Positions 62,609 to 64,000 of a DNA stretch of 64,000 bases are shown here, piece by piece; the first letter of the stretch is position 1, and the number at the start of each line of letters is the position of its first letter. The notes below the pieces were generated by a model. That model saw only the letters and a program-made list of their open reading frames with translations. It was not told the origin of the DNA and did not search any database. The stretch comes from an uncultured delta proteobacterium (lineage in GTDB: Bacteria > Desulfobacterota > Desulfomonilia > UBA1062). The stretch covers positions 160,001 to 224,000 of the forward strand of contig CAVVYZ010000013.1 in NCBI GenBank assembly GCA_963752595.1. The letters are read 5' to 3'. Both the position numbers and the translations under genes were made by a program.

Positions 62609-63067
62609 ATGACGGAAAGACCCTATATTACATACCCGAAGCCGGGCAAGCCTGTCACCAGAACGGAGTTGACAGGGACCATTTTCGTCAATGAACCGGG
62701 ACAGGTCAGTTTCGGCGCCAACGATTTTTCACCCGGCCTGTTTCGGGCCCTCCACGGCCACCATACCTGGGAGCTCATCATCATTGACGGCAGTTCCGAG
62801 GGACCCGGCTACACCTATTTCGACGGTCACTGGTGGCGGGTGGATCCAGGGGCTTCTGTCTTTGTCCCGAAAGGATGCCCTCACGCCTGGTCGTCGGGCA
62901 ATACCCATGGTTTCAGGATGCTCTGGGTCTACGGCGGCTCCCGTGAAGAGGCCGGACGCATCTGGTATGTCAAACCCGAGGAGGCAAAGGGTATATCACC
63001 GGAGGAGGAGAAGAACGCCTTGGTCTGGACGCCGGAGGCGGCGGGGGCTGTTCCGGCAAAACCCTAA
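62609..63067 (+). CDS. Cupin-domain protein
   Basis: HGHHTWE...G motif 1 and PGASVFVPKGCPHAW.N motif 2. Confidence 0.8.
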   Translation: MTERPYITYPKPGKPVTRTELTGTIFVNEPGQVSFGANDFSPGLFRALHGHHTWELIIIDGSSEGPGYTYFDGHWWRVDPGASVFVPKGCPHAWSSGNTHGFRMLWVYGGSREEAGRIWYVKPEEAKGISPEEEKNALVWTPEAAGAVPAKP

Positions 63068-63094
63068 TTCACCATAAAGGGAGAGAAGCGCATC

Positions 63095-64000
63095 ATGAAA
63101 ATCTACATTTTGGATCAATTTGTTTCGTCCGGAGTTGAGTTTGCCGCCCAACATGCGGAGGTCGTACGATGGGACGACCCTCGCGCCAAAAACTGGCATG
63201 AAGACGCAGACGGTCTTCTGGTGCGCACCACACCGCTCACGGCGGAGGATTTTGCCAAGGCGAAAAAATTGAAAGCCGTGGCGAAACAGGGTGTCGGTGT
63301 CAATCTCATCGACCTGGCTGCCGCCAAGGCGCACGGCGTCATCGTCTGCAACACGCCTGGCGTGAACAGCGAGGCGGTTGCCGAAATGGGCCTCGCCCTT
63401 GCACTCGCGGTGACGAGGCGCGTGGCGGAGTTCGATCGCCGCATCCGCGCCGGGGAGATTGTCAAAAGGATCAATTTTCTGGGCATCGAGCTCTGGGGAA
63501 AGACCGTCGGCGTGATCGGAATGGGCAATATCGGCACCCGGATCGCACGCAAATATCACGGCGCCTTCAATACGAAGCTCCTTGCCTATGACCCGTATAT
63601 ACCGGACGGCCGTTGGCCGGACATCCCCCATGAGCGCGTTTCGTCTCTGAATGAGCTCCTGCCGCGAGTCGATCTGTTGACCATCCACGTGCCCTTGACG
63701 GCGGAAACAAAGCACTTGATCGGGCGTCCTGAACTTGCCCTGATGAAAGAGACCGCCGTCCTGGTGAACGTATCGCGCGGCGAGATTGTCGATGAGGAAG
63801 CCCTTTACGACGCGCTGAAGTCAGGCCGTCTTTTTGGGGCCGGTCTCGATGTATTCAAGAAGGAGCCGCCGACGACGGATAACCCGCTGGTCGGTTTGCC
63901 GAACGTGGTAGCCACCCCGCATGCCGCGGGCGGGACCTTCGAGACGCAGGAGAAGAGTTCGCTGGTCACCGCGCAGCAATTGATCCACGTTCTGGGCGGC
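63095..64000 (+). CDS. D-isomer-specific 2-hydroxyacid dehydrogenase (3' end runs off the window)
   Basis: Manual translation: MKIYILD..., GVGVNLID, NTPGVNSEAVAE, GVIGMGNIG, YDPY, HVPLT, NVSRG, GLDVF..EP, TPHAAG. Confidence 0.92.
   Translation, partial: MKIYILDQFVSSGVEFAAQHAEVVRWDDPRAKNWHEDADGLLVRTTPLTAEDFAKAKKLKAVAKQGVGVNLIDLAAAKAHGVIVCNTPGVNSEAVAEMGLALALAVTRRVAEFDRRIRAGEIVKRINFLGIELWGKTVGVIGMGNIGTRIARKYHGAFNTKLLAYDPYIPDGRWPDIPHERVSSLNELLPRVDLLTIHVPLTAETKHLIGRPELALMKETAVLVNVSRGEIVDEEALYDALKSGRLFGAGLDVFKKEPPTTDNPLVGLPNVVATPHAAGGTFETQEKSSLVTAQQLIHVLGG

Overview
A GC-rich bacterial window, probably from an anaerobic Desulfobacterota/'Deltaproteobacteria'-type organism (inferred from gene content). 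It is most likely two joined pieces. At about 13,800 a 5'-truncated PAS histidine kinase (- strand) abuts the last ~27 codons of a CocE/NonD-type hydrolase (+ strand). Left piece: aroE(partial)-lolA-ftsK, rnj, an acyltransferase with an extra N-terminal Cys domain, an orphan flagellar-rod-like gene, and two convergent kinase/accessory-protein/sigma54-regulator operons. Right piece: a catabolic operon (Ldh_2, M20 deacylase, Dpp/Opp ABC transporter, amidohydrolase_3), an IS91-like relic, hisD, an acyl-CoA synthetase, an ~8.8 kb cyclic beta-1,2-glucan synthase gene preceded by a terminator, and two tandem serine-hydrolase lipoproteins. Further right are a MinD/FlhG-J/HTH-SPOR module, a PAS kinase, an FAH-family gene, polX, a ferredoxin, an apparent amidohydrolase-papain (C1A) fusion, TauE, a 7-blade RCC1 lipoprotein, prfC and an Ldh_2-cupin-2-hydroxyacid dehydrogenase operon. 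Many genes carry single-base frameshifts that look like long-read errors. No rRNA, tRNA or CRISPR array was seen. All calls come from reading motifs by eye, with no database searches. Best candidates for novelty: the amidohydrolase-C1A fusion, the MinD-J/HTH-SPOR module, the QseEGF-like cassettes, and the leader terminators before cgs and prfC.
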